DNA of 64,000 bases, from assembly GCA_035414025.1 (NCBI GenBank), contig DAONXX010000002.1, positions 23,304 through 87,303 on the forward strand, read 5' to 3'. The position numbers were made by a program, and so were the translations under genes. Under the pieces are notes generated by a model that searched no databases, had not been told where the DNA came from, and saw only the letters and a list, made by a program, of their open reading frames with translations. Positions 39,010 through 50,087 of the stretch are shown piece after piece; the first letter of the stretch is position 1; each line of letters begins with the position of its first letter. Source of the DNA: Bacteroidales bacterium. Its GTDB lineage: Bacteria > Bacteroidota > Bacteroidia > Bacteroidales > VadinHA17.

Positions 39010-39783
39010 TTAAATTATATTATCAATCAGCGGTCTGATTCTCTCAAGGTCTTCAGGAGTGTCAATGCTGATGCTTTCCCACCCGGTTTCAGTACATTTT
39101 ATTTTGTATCCGTTCTCTAACCATCTGTTTTGCTCAAGCGATTCAGCTATTTCAAGGGAACTCTTTGGCAATACTGTGATCGCCCTGAGAGTGTCTGTTT
39201 TGAATGCATACAGGCCTATATGCTTGTAAAACTGATGTTTTTTCGCCCATTCATCACGTTTAACATCTCTTAAAAATGGAATTACCGACCTGCTGAAATA
39301 TATCGCATCAGAATTTTTATCAAGTATAACCTTCGGATGGTTTGGATTGTCTATATCCTCCCCCGGGGATGTTTTTCTTACGAGTGTGGCTATTTTCACT
39401 TCCTGATCTTTGAAGCATGACTTGAGGAGATCAATCTGCTCAGGTTTAATGAAAGGTTCATCACCCTGGATATTTATAACAACATCTATCCTGGTTCCTG
39501 TTTCATTCATTATAATATCTATTGCTTCTGCACAGCGATCGGTGCCACTCTGATGTTTTACCGATGTCATTACCGCTTTGCCTCCGAATGCTATAGTCGC
39601 ATCGAATATTCTTTTATCATCAGTGGCCACATATACAGTTGTAAGTGATTTCAGGGATTGCTCATAAACTCTCTGGATCATTGGTTTATTACCAATCATT
39701 GTGAGAGGTTTCCCCGGAAATCTGCTTGAAGCATACCGTGCCGGTATAATGCCGGTGAAGATATAATCAGCTTCATTTCTCAT
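39010..39783 (-). CDS. kdsB: 3-deoxy-manno-octulosonate cytidylyltransferase (CMP-KDO synthetase)
   Basis: 257 aa. N-terminal IIPARYASSRFPGKPL signature. Confidence 0.9.
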   Translation of the reverse strand: MRNEADYIFTGIIPARYASSRFPGKPLTMIGNKPMIQRVYEQSLKSLTTVYVATDDKRIFDATIAFGGKAVMTSVKHQSGTDRCAEAIDIIMNETGTRIDVVINIQGDEPFIKPEQIDLLKSCFKDQEVKIATLVRKTSPGEDIDNPNHPKVILDKNSDAIYFSRSVIPFLRDVKRDEWAKKHQFYKHIGLYAFKTDTLRAITVLPKSSLEIAESLEQNRWLENGYKIKCTETGWESISIDTPEDLERIRPLIDNII

Positions 39784-39857
39784 ACTGCGAATTTACGAAA
39801 AATGCATTTCCCAATGTTTTAAAAATATCTTAAATTCGCACCAGTTTTTATTCAGAA

Positions 39858-41102
39858 ATGAGAGACCTTCAGCAAATTAAACAAAGATTCGGGATCATAG
39901 GCAATTTTGAAGGCCTTAACAGGGCAATTGATATTGCTGTTCAGGTAGCTCCTACAGATTTATCTGTGCTTGTTACAGGAGAAAGCGGAACGGGAAAGGA
40001 GGTTTTCCCTCAGATCATTCACAGCTATAGTGTAAGAAAACACGGTCAGTACATAGCAGTAAACTGCGGAGCTATCCCTGAAGGAACGATTGATTCTGAA
40101 TTGTTCGGACATGAGAAGGGGGCTTTTACAGGAGCTACAGACAGCAGGAAAGGTTATTTCGAAGTGGCGGATGGAGGAACAATATTTCTTGACGAAGTTG
40201 CTGAATTGCCCTTATCAACCCAGGTTAGATTGCTTAGGGTCCTTGAAACAGGCGAGTTTATAAGGGTTGGTTCATCAAAAGTACAGAAAACTGATGTAAG
40301 GATCATCGCTGCAAGCAATGTTGATGTTGAGAAAGCAATAGATAAGGGAAGATTCAGGGAAGATCTCTTCTACAGACTTAACACGGTACCTATAAAGATC
40401 CCTTCTCTCAGGGAAAGAGGCGATGATATCCTTCTGCTTTTCAGGAAATTCTCTGTTGATTTTGCCGAGAAATACAGAATGCCTCCTATTACTCTCGACA
40501 ATGAAGCAAAATACATTTTGATGAATTATTCATGGCCAGGAAATGTACGTCAGCTCAAGAATATTACGGAACAGATTTCAATTATAGAAAAGGACAGGGA
40601 AATCAAAGCTAAGACTCTTAAGACATATCTTCCTGATTATGACGGTGCTAAATTGCCAGCTCTTTTAAAAAGGGAAGATGAGAAATCCTTTTCATCAGAA
40701 CGGGAGATTCTGTATAAGATACTCTTTGATATGAAGAACGACATGAATGACTTGAAGAAACTTGTATTTGATCTGATCCGACATGGAGAGATTAACGTAC
40801 CTTTTACTGAATCAAGTCAGACTGTTATTGAAGATCTTTTCAGGGATACCGGCAGCGAGAAAGTAGTATCGAAAGTGTCTGAAGCGCGTGCTCCTGGTTT
40901 TATTCCTGTGACGGACAGAGTTAATATTCAGGATACAGAGGAGATAGTGGAGGAATCATTGTCATTGGCCGATAAGGAGGCAGAAATGATAAAGAAGGCA
41001 CTCGAGAAATACAACGGTAAGAGGAAAATAGCTGCACAGGAACTAGGGATTTCTGAACGCACTCTCTACAGGAAAATAAAGGAATATGACATTAAGTTGT
41101 AA
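39858..41102 (+). CDS. Sigma-54-dependent transcriptional activator (AAA+ plus Fis-type HTH, no N-terminal sensory domain)
   Basis: 414 aa. Walker A GESGTGKE, sigma-54 contact loop GAFTGA, and a C-terminal HTH (…AAQELGISERTLYRKIKEY). The AAA+ domain starts within about 10 residues of the N-terminus. Confidence 0.85.
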   Translation: MRDLQQIKQRFGIIGNFEGLNRAIDIAVQVAPTDLSVLVTGESGTGKEVFPQIIHSYSVRKHGQYIAVNCGAIPEGTIDSELFGHEKGAFTGATDSRKGYFEVADGGTIFLDEVAELPLSTQVRLLRVLETGEFIRVGSSKVQKTDVRIIAASNVDVEKAIDKGRFREDLFYRLNTVPIKIPSLRERGDDILLLFRKFSVDFAEKYRMPPITLDNEAKYILMNYSWPGNVRQLKNITEQISIIEKDREIKAKTLKTYLPDYDGAKLPALLKREDEKSFSSEREILYKILFDMKNDMNDLKKLVFDLIRHGEINVPFTESSQTVIEDLFRDTGSEKVVSKVSEARAPGFIPVTDRVNIQDTEEIVEESLSLADKEAEMIKKALEKYNGKRKIAAQELGISERTLYRKIKEYDIKL

Positions 41103-41628
41103 GGTAAATGCGGTATTAAGGGAGAAAATATTTCTTTTTATCCTGATTGTTTCAGAATCGTTTTTTATTTCCGGCTGTAAAGTAAGCTATTCCTTTACGG
41201 GAGCCAGTTTGTCTAGTGAAGTTAAAACGATAAGCGTCCAGTATTTTCAGAACAGGGCAAGTATAATTCAGCCCGGACTTGGGCAATACATAACTGATGC
41301 TCTAATAGATAAATGTAAAGCCCAGACTAACCGGAGCCTCATTAATGGTCTTGGTGATGTTGACTTTGAAGGTGAGATTGTGGATTATAATACAAGACCT
41401 CAGACAGTTGCAGCTGATGCCCAGGCAGCTACAAACAGGTTCACTATTACAGTGAGGGTTAAATATACTAATTCTATTGACCCGGATCTCAGCTTTGAAC
41501 AGACTTTTTCAAGGTATGAAGATTACGATAGCAGGTACAATCTCGAAGAAGTCGAAGAAGAACTTTCAGTCAAGATAGTAGAGTTGCTTATTGAGGATAT
41601 TTTTAACAAGGCATTTGTCAACTGGTAA
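41086..41628 (+). CDS. lptE: LPS-assembly lipoprotein LptE-like
   Basis: 180 aa. Lipobox FISGC. The size and the position after the sigma-54 activator fit the conserved Bacteroidota arrangement as I recall it. 17-nt overlap with the upstream gene. Confidence 0.55.
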   Translation: MTLSCKVNAVLREKIFLFILIVSESFFISGCKVSYSFTGASLSSEVKTISVQYFQNRASIIQPGLGQYITDALIDKCKAQTNRSLINGLGDVDFEGEIVDYNTRPQTVAADAQAATNRFTITVRVKYTNSIDPDLSFEQTFSRYEDYDSRYNLEEVEEELSVKIVELLIEDIFNKAFVNW

Positions 41629-41637
41629 CTAACAGCG

Positions 41638-42543
41638 ATGAACAGGAATGACTTTCTCCGGATGATTGAGAGCTATGGGCCGACAGATCGCCAGATGATA
41701 AATGATGTAAGTGAGCTCATAAGAATATTCCCGTATTTTCAAAGTGCCTATATGCTTTTTCTTAAAGGACTTCATAATACTGATGATGTGAGATTTGAGA
41801 ATCAGCTCAGAGGACTGGCTTTACGAATTGCAGACAGGGAAGCCCTTTACTATTATCTCAGGAAAGAGCAGTTTTTGGAAGAGAAATCAGGTACCGAAAC
41901 TTTCTCATTAGAGCAACAATCAGATAACAGGACAGACAGTCAGCAAACAGTTATTGATTCTGCAAAAAGCAGTGCCGGGTTAATTAGTGAAATTGACAAG
42001 ATTTCAAAGGAAGAAGGGCCAGAAACAGATTCCGGCGATCATCCTGTCATGATATCATCTGTTCCCGAGAATGACGATCAGAATGCAACTATCATTATTA
42101 TTGACAAGGAAACAGGTGAAGTTGAGGAAAAGATTTTTTACATGGATCCGGGATTCTATTTTTCAGAACCAAGAGATCTTCTTGAGCTGACAGATGAAGA
42201 AATTACTGACAGCGCTTCTTCAGTAATGCCTGAAGACGAGACAGTTAAAGCTTTGCCAACAAAGAAGGCATTACAGTCTGAGCTTATTGACAAATTCATT
42301 CTTGCAAATCCAAGGATTGAACCTGGAATAATAAAGGATACTTTGCCCGTTGAGGATATTTCCCAGCCATCAGTTGAAGAAAATGATGGACTGCTGACAG
42401 AGACACTGGCGAAAATTTATACAAAACAGGGCTATTATTCAAGAGCCATAGATATTTATGAGAAATTAAGTTTGAAGTTTCCGGAAAAAAGTGGTTATTT
42501 TGTGTCTCAAATTGAAAAAATAAAAGAGCTAATAAAAAAATAA
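41638..42543 (+). CDS. Conserved hypothetical protein (acidic middle, TPR-like C-terminal helix pair)
   Basis: 301 aa. C-terminal …LAKIYTKQGYYSRAIDIYEKLSLKFPEKS… resembles a single TPR unit. No other motif recognised. Confidence 0.5.
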   Translation: MNRNDFLRMIESYGPTDRQMINDVSELIRIFPYFQSAYMLFLKGLHNTDDVRFENQLRGLALRIADREALYYYLRKEQFLEEKSGTETFSLEQQSDNRTDSQQTVIDSAKSSAGLISEIDKISKEEGPETDSGDHPVMISSVPENDDQNATIIIIDKETGEVEEKIFYMDPGFYFSEPRDLLELTDEEITDSASSVMPEDETVKALPTKKALQSELIDKFILANPRIEPGIIKDTLPVEDISQPSVEENDGLLTETLAKIYTKQGYYSRAIDIYEKLSLKFPEKSGYFVSQIEKIKELIKK

Positions 42544-42547
42544 GTAA

Positions 42548-42898
42548 ATGGGACTTTATGTTTTTATTTCGGTTTTGATAATTGTTGCCTGTGTAATTCA
42601 GATAATGATAGTGCTTGTTCAGAATTCCAAGGGAGGTGGTCTTGCAGCTAATTTTACCTCAGCCGGACAAACTATGGGTGTACGAAAAACTGCTGATTTC
42701 CTTGAGAAATCAACATGGACACTTGCAGCTACGATACTGATTCTTTGTGTTTTAGTAACAGCAGCTATACCTCGTGGAGGATCTGAAGAACAGTCAAGGA
42801 TAAGCACACAGATTCAGAATGCAGTTGATCCAAGTGCCATTCCAACTCTTCCAACGGCTGTGCCACCCTCTTCAGCTCCGGTACCGACAGATGAGTAA
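42548..42898 (+). CDS. secG: Preprotein translocase subunit SecG
   Basis: 116 aa. Two TM helices flanking …QNSKGGGLAANF…, the SecG hallmark. Confidence 0.8.
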   Translation: MGLYVFISVLIIVACVIQIMIVLVQNSKGGGLAANFTSAGQTMGVRKTADFLEKSTWTLAATILILCVLVTAAIPRGGSEEQSRISTQIQNAVDPSAIPTLPTAVPPSSAPVPTDE

Positions 42899-42938
42899 GC
42901 TGAATAGTCAGGTCAAGTAACATATTTAATGATATTAT

Positions 42939-42972
42939 AGTGTCAGTTTGTCATCAAACTGACACTTTTTTA
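42939..42972 (+). terminator. Intrinsic terminator after secG
   Basis: 11-bp stem GTGTCAGTTTG / CAAACTGACAC with 4-nt loop, followed by TTTTTTATTT. Confidence 0.8.
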
Positions 42973-43059
42973 TTTAAATATGTCATAATATCCCGTTTGG
43001 CATAAAATATGATACAATAGGGAATCTGAAAATATTGTTTAACTCTAAAAATAAATCAC

Positions 43060-43338
43060 ATGGCACAATTAAAAGGAAAAATTCTGGCAGGAAAGGTTTT
43101 AGTAAAACCTAACGAAGCTGAAGCAACAACTGCCAGTGGAATCATTATACCTGATTCCGCAAAAGAAAAACCTCGTCAGGGGAAAGTGTTTCTTGTAGGC
43201 GCATCAAAAAAGGATGAGGAAATGGAAGTTAAAAAGGGCGACGAAGTCCTTTACGGGAAATATGCAGGGCAGGAACTAACTATCAACGGTGAGGATTACC
43301 TTCTGATTTCACAGTCGGATATTCTCTTTATACTTTAA
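43060..43338 (+). CDS. groES: Co-chaperonin GroES
   Basis: 92 aa. …VLVKP…TASGIIIPDSAKEKP…G.V…G…. Confidence 0.95.
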   Translation: MAQLKGKILAGKVLVKPNEAEATTASGIIIPDSAKEKPRQGKVFLVGASKKDEEMEVKKGDEVLYGKYAGQELTINGEDYLLISQSDILFIL

Positions 43339-43345
43339 TTATTAA

Positions 43346-45001
<1,656 letters not shown>

Positions 45002-45031
45002 GAATTCAAACATATTAGTTTGTTAAAAAAT

Positions 45032-45064
45032 GGGGGCGTTGTTTACAACGCCCCTAATATTTTT
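45032..45064 (+). terminator. Intrinsic terminator after groEL
   Basis: GC-rich stem GGGGCGTTG / CAACGCCCC with loop TTTA, then TAATATTTTTA. Confidence 0.8.
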
Positions 45065-45071
45065 ATATTTG
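45064..45071 (+). promoter_or_regulatory. Candidate -7 promoter box for lepA
   Basis: TATATTTG between the groEL terminator and the lepA ATG (27 nt upstream). Confidence 0.35.
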
Positions 45072-45097
45072 TATCAGATTTCAGATTACTTACCCTG

Positions 45098-46885
45098 ATG
45101 GACAACATCCGTAATTTCTGCATAATAGCTCATATCGACCATGGTAAGAGTACCCTGGCCGACAGGCTTCTTGAAAAAACAAACACTATTTCGAAGCGCG
45201 AATATCAGGATCAGATACTCGATAATTCGGATCTGGAAAGGGAAAGAGGCATCACTATAAAGAGCCATGCTATCCAGATGGAATATTTGTTTGAAGGGAA
45301 GAAATATTGTTTGAATTTGATCGACACGCCCGGACATGTTGATTTCTCGTACGAGGTGTCAAGGTCAATTGCAGCATGTGAGGGAGCTCTTCTAGTAATT
45401 GATGCAACACAGGGTATTCAGGCACAGACAATTTCAAACCTGTACATGGCTATCAATAATAATCTGGAGATCATTCCTGTACTGAATAAAATGGATATGC
45501 CGAATGCAATGCCTGAAGATGTAAAGGATCAGATAGTTGATCTTGTCGGTTGCCCCAGGGAAACAATTATTGAAGCAAGTGGCAGAACAGGAATGGGAGT
45601 GGAGAAGATACTGAGTGATATCATTACAAGAATCCCACCTCCTTCAGGCAATCCCGAAGCGCCTCTCCAGGCTCTCATATTTGATTCGATCTACAATTCT
45701 TTCAGGGGCATTATTGCTTATTTTAAGTTAGTTAACGGCACAATAAGGACCGGCGATAGGGTTATGTTTTTAAGTACTGGTCATGAGTACAATGCCGAAG
45801 AAATAGGAGTGCTTAAATTAAGGCAGAACCCACGTGAAATGATGAGTGCCGGAGATGTGGGATATATCATTTCCGGAATTAAGATTGCTGCAGAAGTGAG
45901 AGTGGGAGATACAATAACCCATGTTGATAATCCCTGTGACAGCGCAATATCTGGTTTCGAAGAGGTTAAACCAATGGTATTTGCAGGCATTTATCCCGTT
46001 GATGCTGACCAGTATGAGGATCTGAGAAGCTCAATTGAGAAACTGCAGCTAAATGATGCATCACTCTCTTTCATTCCGGAGTCATCTGTAGCCCTTGGAT
46101 TCGGATTCAGATGCGGGTTCCTTGGCCTGCTCCATATGGAGATAATACAGGAAAGGCTTGACAGGGAGTTTAATCTGGATGTTATAACTACTGTGCCTAA
46201 TGTGTCTTTTAAGGTTATTACTACGCAGGGAGAGGAGATAGATGTTCATAATCCGTCAGGTCTTCCTGCTGTTAACAATATCGATCGGATTGAGGAACCT
46301 TATATTATTGCTCAGATAATCACAAAGGCAGATTATACCGGAGCAATAATGAAGTTGTGTATTGACAAGAGGGGTACAATGAAGAATCAGATCTACCTTA
46401 CAAAGGACAGGGTGGAACTTACATTTGAAATGCCTCTTTCAGAGATAGTTTTTGATTTTTATGATAAGCTTAAAAGCATATCAAAAGGCTATGCTTCCTT
46501 TGATTACTATTATACCGGATATCAGAAAGCCGACCTTGTACGACTTGATATCCTACTGAACGGTGAAATGGTAGATGCTCTTTCAACTTTGATTTTTCGT
46601 GGACATGCCTACGATTTTGGTCGCAAAATGTGCGTGAAATTAAAAGAACTTATTCCAAGGCAGCAGTTTGATATTGCCATACAGGCTGCCATAGGGGCAA
46701 AGATAATTGCACGGGAGACTGTCAAGGCAGTCAGAAAAGATGTAACGGCAAAATGTTACGGAGGCGATATATCGCGAAAGAGGAAACTGCTTGAGAAGCA
46801 GAAAAAAGGGAAAAAGAGAATGCGTCAGATTGGGAATGTTGAAGTGCCGCAGCAAGCCTTTCTTGCTGTTTTGAAACTTGATTAG
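45098..46885 (+). CDS. lepA: Elongation factor 4 (LepA)
   Basis: GTPase motifs [14 protein letters not shown] and NKMD, plus a LepA C-terminal domain. Start set at the ATG MDNIRNF. The ORF-track start at 45020 lies upstream of the groEL terminator and a promoter box. Confidence 0.95.
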   Translation: MDNIRNFCIIAHIDHGKSTLADRLLEKTNTISKREYQDQILDNSDLERERGITIKSHAIQMEYLFEGKKYCLNLIDTPGHVDFSYEVSRSIAACEGALLVIDATQGIQAQTISNLYMAINNNLEIIPVLNKMDMPNAMPEDVKDQIVDLVGCPRETIIEASGRTGMGVEKILSDIITRIPPPSGNPEAPLQALIFDSIYNSFRGIIAYFKLVNGTIRTGDRVMFLSTGHEYNAEEIGVLKLRQNPREMMSAGDVGYIISGIKIAAEVRVGDTITHVDNPCDSAISGFEEVKPMVFAGIYPVDADQYEDLRSSIEKLQLNDASLSFIPESSVALGFGFRCGFLGLLHMEIIQERLDREFNLDVITTVPNVSFKVITTQGEEIDVHNPSGLPAVNNIDRIEEPYIIAQIITKADYTGAIMKLCIDKRGTMKNQIYLTKDRVELTFEMPLSEIVFDFYDKLKSISKGYASFDYYYTGYQKADLVRLDILLNGEMVDALSTLIFRGHAYDFGRKMCVKLKELIPRQQFDIAIQAAIGAKIIARETVKAVRKDVTAKCYGGDISRKRKLLEKQKKGKKRMRQIGNVEVPQQAFLAVLKLD

Positions 46886-46926
46886 CCAGAAGGTATTACC
46901 AAAATGAGAATTATTACATTATTGCA

Positions 46927-47616
46927 TTATTCCAACAGCTTATAACCCTTTCCATGGATATTGAGGATTTTGACTGCGGGGTCTTTTTTTAGATATTTTC
47001 TCAATCTTGTAATATATACATCCATGCTTCTCGCATTAAAGTAATTATCGTCAGTCCAGATTGTTTTTAAAGCATAGTTTCTTTCAAGGATGGCCCCTGT
47101 GTGCTTACACAACAGTTCAAGCAATTCCGATTCCTTTGTAGTCAGTTTAACAGTTTCTTCTTCTCCGAATGTAAGGATTTGCTTGGCAGGGTCGAAGGTA
47201 TATTTTCCTATCGAATACTTTTCTTTTCTGTACGATGATGCTGATGATGAAGTTCTTTTCAGGACAGCCTGTATCCTGTAAAGAAGTTCTTCCATGGAAA
47301 AAGGTTTTGTTATATAATCATCGGCTCCTACCCTGAAGCCTTCAAGAATATCTTCTTTCTGGCTTTTAGCAGTAAGGAATATGATGGGCACTTGTGGATT
47401 TATTTGCCGCATCTTTTTAGCCAATGTGAGCCCGTCCATTTCAGGCATCATAATATCTATGATACACAGGTGGAATAGCTCTTCAGAAAATGCATCAAGG
47501 GCAAGAGCCCCATTGATATATAGTGAAGTTTCATAATTTTTGGCAGCCAGGTAATTCTTTAGCAAATTACCCAGATTGACATCATCTTCAGCAAGCAGGA
47601 TCCTGATATTTTTCAT
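46927..47616 (-). CDS. OmpR-family response regulator (possibly RprY-like)
   Basis: 229 aa. Receiver domain with phospho-acceptor context …LCIIDIMMPEMDG… and a winged-helix C-terminus (…DVYITRLRKYL…GKGYKL). Confidence 0.9.
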   Translation of the reverse strand: MKNIRILLAEDDVNLGNLLKNYLAAKNYETSLYINGALALDAFSEELFHLCIIDIMMPEMDGLTLAKKMRQINPQVPIIFLTAKSQKEDILEGFRVGADDYITKPFSMEELLYRIQAVLKRTSSSASSYRKEKYSIGKYTFDPAKQILTFGEEETVKLTTKESELLELLCKHTGAILERNYALKTIWTDDNYFNARSMDVYITRLRKYLKKDPAVKILNIHGKGYKLLE

Positions 47617-49169
47617 TTGTGTCCGTTTTGAGGGATGAATAGTGTGAATTTAGTCCCTTTGTTGATATGACTTTCTATTTTGATTGTTCCATTATGTTCT
47701 TCGACCACCTGTTTAACATAGCTAAGGCCAAGACCGAACCCTTTTACATTATGAATGTTTCCTGAATGAACCCTGTAGAATTTGTCATAGATTCTCTTAA
47801 GAGCATCTTTGCTTATCCCTATACCTTTGTCTTCGATTGTGATAACTATTCCGTTTTTTATATTTCTCGTTCCGACAGATATCAGGGGCGTTTGATTTGA
47901 ATATTTGATTGCATTATCGATAAGGTTTGAAACAGCATTCAGGAAGTGCACCTCATCGACCATGATATTTGGTTTTTCTGCCTGGAAATCCCTGTATATT
48001 ACACCATTTCGGGTTTCTATCTGAAGCGAGAAATTCTCAAGAGCATTATTCAGGATACTATGGATATTCTGGTTTATCAGGGTGAGTTTCATTTGCGCCC
48101 TTTCAAAGATAGCCATCTGCAGGACTTTTTCAACCTGAAATTTAAGACGCATGCTTTCATCATAGATTATTTTTGCGAGTGAATCAAAGCTTTTCTTTTC
48201 ATCTGCAATAGATTTGTCAGCTATCATTTGTGAAGCAAGCGAAATTGTTGAAATGGGGGTTTTCAACTCGTGTGTCATATTATTTATGAAATCCGTTCGT
48301 ATTTCCGAAAGCTTCTTTTGCCTGAAGATAGCGATGAAAGTACTTGTCACAAGTATCAGCAGAAGGAGAGTAAGGAGCATTGAAAGGAAGCCAAGATTGC
48401 CTATCTGGCTAAATTTGTATTGCTGTTCCTGCAGGCAATACATTACAATCTGGCTTTGCCCGGGAACAGGATCGTTAGGGAAAAGTTGGCTGATGAATTT
48501 ATTTGTTCCCGGTTTGGCTGAAAAACCGGGTGTTTTCCAGATAATCCCTTCATTACCGGATCTGATACAAAATTCAAAATCGAGATTGATCCCCACATTA
48601 TTAAGGGCATTACCCAGCAACACCTTTAATTCCTGAGGATCGACCCTTTCTCTTATATCCGGTCTTTTACGGAGCATTTTTTCCATTATATTCTCGAGGA
48701 CCACTATTTTATTTGTCACTCTTCCCGTCAGCTCTGCATTCATTGAGTAGTCAGGATTTTCTTCCATGTCGTCTAATATAAAATCCGGCTCATTCTCTGA
48801 AGAGATAAGAATGTTTTGTCCTGAACTAATAATTGTTATTGGTTGATCAGGTTTTTTAAGACCATACGTCTCGAGTAATTTCAGGTTAGGGTGATATCCT
48901 CTCAGTCTGTTAGCCAACGGCGAATTTGCCGGCACTATTGCTGTAACTGAATCTTGAGATGAAGGGTTAATCTCATCTAAAATGCTGTTTATCAATTCTT
49001 TTTCTTCCAGTTCGAGAACAACTGTTTCAAGTGCTCTGTTTGCAAGAAGGCGGAACTGCTGATCAGTAATTGCAATGGCATTTCTTATCCAGCTGAGCTG
49101 AATAAGGATCAGTCCGGTGATTGTGAGGAAGAAAAAAACAGCAAGTATTGTAATTGTGCTCCGTTTCAT
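47613..49169 (-). CDS. Sensor histidine kinase (possibly RprX-like)
   Basis: 518 aa. Two TM helices bracket a periplasmic region of about 230 aa. H-box NMTHELKTPIS, N-box LIDNAIKYS, G-box GFGLGLS. 4-nt overlap with the regulator gene. Confidence 0.9.
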   Translation of the reverse strand: MKRSTITILAVFFFLTITGLILIQLSWIRNAIAITDQQFRLLANRALETVVLELEEKELINSILDEINPSSQDSVTAIVPANSPLANRLRGYHPNLKLLETYGLKKPDQPITIISSGQNILISSENEPDFILDDMEENPDYSMNAELTGRVTNKIVVLENIMEKMLRKRPDIRERVDPQELKVLLGNALNNVGINLDFEFCIRSGNEGIIWKTPGFSAKPGTNKFISQLFPNDPVPGQSQIVMYCLQEQQYKFSQIGNLGFLSMLLTLLLLILVTSTFIAIFRQKKLSEIRTDFINNMTHELKTPISTISLASQMIADKSIADEKKSFDSLAKIIYDESMRLKFQVEKVLQMAIFERAQMKLTLINQNIHSILNNALENFSLQIETRNGVIYRDFQAEKPNIMVDEVHFLNAVSNLIDNAIKYSNQTPLISVGTRNIKNGIVITIEDKGIGISKDALKRIYDKFYRVHSGNIHNVKGFGLGLSYVKQVVEEHNGTIKIESHINKGTKFTLFIPQNGHK

Positions 49170-49176
49170 ACAAGTA

Positions 49177-49184
49177 CAAAAGTA
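49177..49184 (-). promoter_or_regulatory. Candidate -7 promoter box for the histidine kinase/response regulator operon
   Basis: The minus strand reads TACTTTTG, ending only 8 nt before the ATG (49169). If used, this implies a leaderless or near-leaderless mRNA. Confidence 0.25.
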
Positions 49185-49352
49185 CGACTATAAATATTTT
49201 CTATTCCCAACCTTTAACTTTCTTTAACTTTAATCGCCTCTTTTACAGAATGATTAATTTATATGCCCTGGAGGTAATTTAACACTTATTTACAAGAATG
49301 TTAAGATTCAGTTAATTATACAAAAAAATTTCTTTTTAAGAAAAACAGCTGA

Positions 49353-49360
49353 TATTTTTG
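49353..49360 (+). promoter_or_regulatory. Orphan candidate -7 promoter box with no downstream CDS
   Basis: TATTTTTG on the plus strand, about 85 nt upstream of the terminator hairpin at 49443..49460. No ORF of meaningful length lies between them. Confidence 0.3.
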
Positions 49361-49440
49361 TAAAGGATTTGGCATGGAATTTGGTTAGCATAATATAGAG
49401 GTTTTTTCATAGGTTAGATTAGTTTTAGGGTTATGAAAAT

Positions 49441-49475
49441 GGGGCTGACGATCGTCAGCCTCTTCTTTTTATTAT
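49441..49475. terminator. Intrinsic-terminator-like hairpin in the 436-bp gap between the histidine kinase gene and the IPExxxVDY-like gene
   Basis: 18-nt perfect palindrome GGCTGACGATCGTCAGCC (49443..49460). Followed on the plus strand by TCTTCTTTTTATTATT and on the minus strand by CCATTTTCAT. Confidence 0.65.
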
Positions 49476-49605
49476 TAAGCCGGTGAGGGTAATGTATATA
49501 ATTTTAAGGATCCGGCAGGAAGTGATTAATCTTATTATTACAGAAAGCAGTTATACTGTGTAATTCATATTCTGTTTCCCCTCCCAAAAATTTTATTAAA
49601 ACAAT

Positions 49606-50043
49606 TCAGTATGCTATATTATCCAGGTTTTTATCTTTTATTGATCCAGGATCAAGTTTAAATACTGCGGTGATACACTCAATTTCTTTTAAAAGAAAGT
49701 TGAAGCGGTTAATATCGTCTTCATTTTCAGCATTGCATATCTTTAAGATGTAGTCAATGTTTACAAGTTTCTTTACCAGATAGTTTTTACCCGACCTGTT
49801 TGAAAACAGGTCGAATGTCATATGAAGTGACGAGTTATCGGAAAACCTGCTGAAAGAAATTCTTTCCGCTGATTTATTTTCAGTGATAACAGGCATTACA
49901 TTTCTGAGTTTTATCTTAAGTTTTTTGTTTACAGCAAGAGATAACTTATAATCTGGTTCCGCAGAGACGATTCCGAATAGCACAAACTTATTTTCCTGAT
50001 TTATTTTCAGACGGACCCTCTTTATTTTTGGGCTTGCTTTCAT
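49606..50043 (-). CDS. Bacteroidota-specific small protein (IPExxxVDY-family-like)
   Basis: 145 aa downstream of rnc. …FVLFGIVSAEPDYKLSLAVNKKL… and a degenerate …LVNIDY… motif resemble the family as I remember it. Weak call. Confidence 0.4.
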   Translation of the reverse strand: MKASPKIKRVRLKINQENKFVLFGIVSAEPDYKLSLAVNKKLKIKLRNVMPVITENKSAERISFSRFSDNSSLHMTFDLFSNRSGKNYLVKKLVNIDYILKICNAENEDDINRFNFLLKEIECITAVFKLDPGSIKDKNLDNIAY

Positions 50044-50087
50044 TTACGGGAAACTTCAACTAAGTAAAGATAACAAAAAAGTATCTC

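Noticed and set aside
42998-43013. A sigma-54-like promoter (TGGCAT…) or CIRCE-type operator upstream of groES.
   Set aside because: No TTGC -12 element sits at the correct spacing, and there is no TTAGCACTC-N9-GAGTGCTAA inverted repeat. Only the TGGCA pentamer matches.
45020-45097. N-terminal extensions proposed by the ORF track for lepA. The same issue applies to sufC 30596, the hydrolase 36552, the HD gene 14237, susD 61196 and rimP 7541.
   Set aside because: The extensions start at non-ATG codons and add non-conserved residues. For lepA, the extension runs through the groEL terminator hairpin and a promoter box. Internal ATG/GTG starts match the conserved N-termini.
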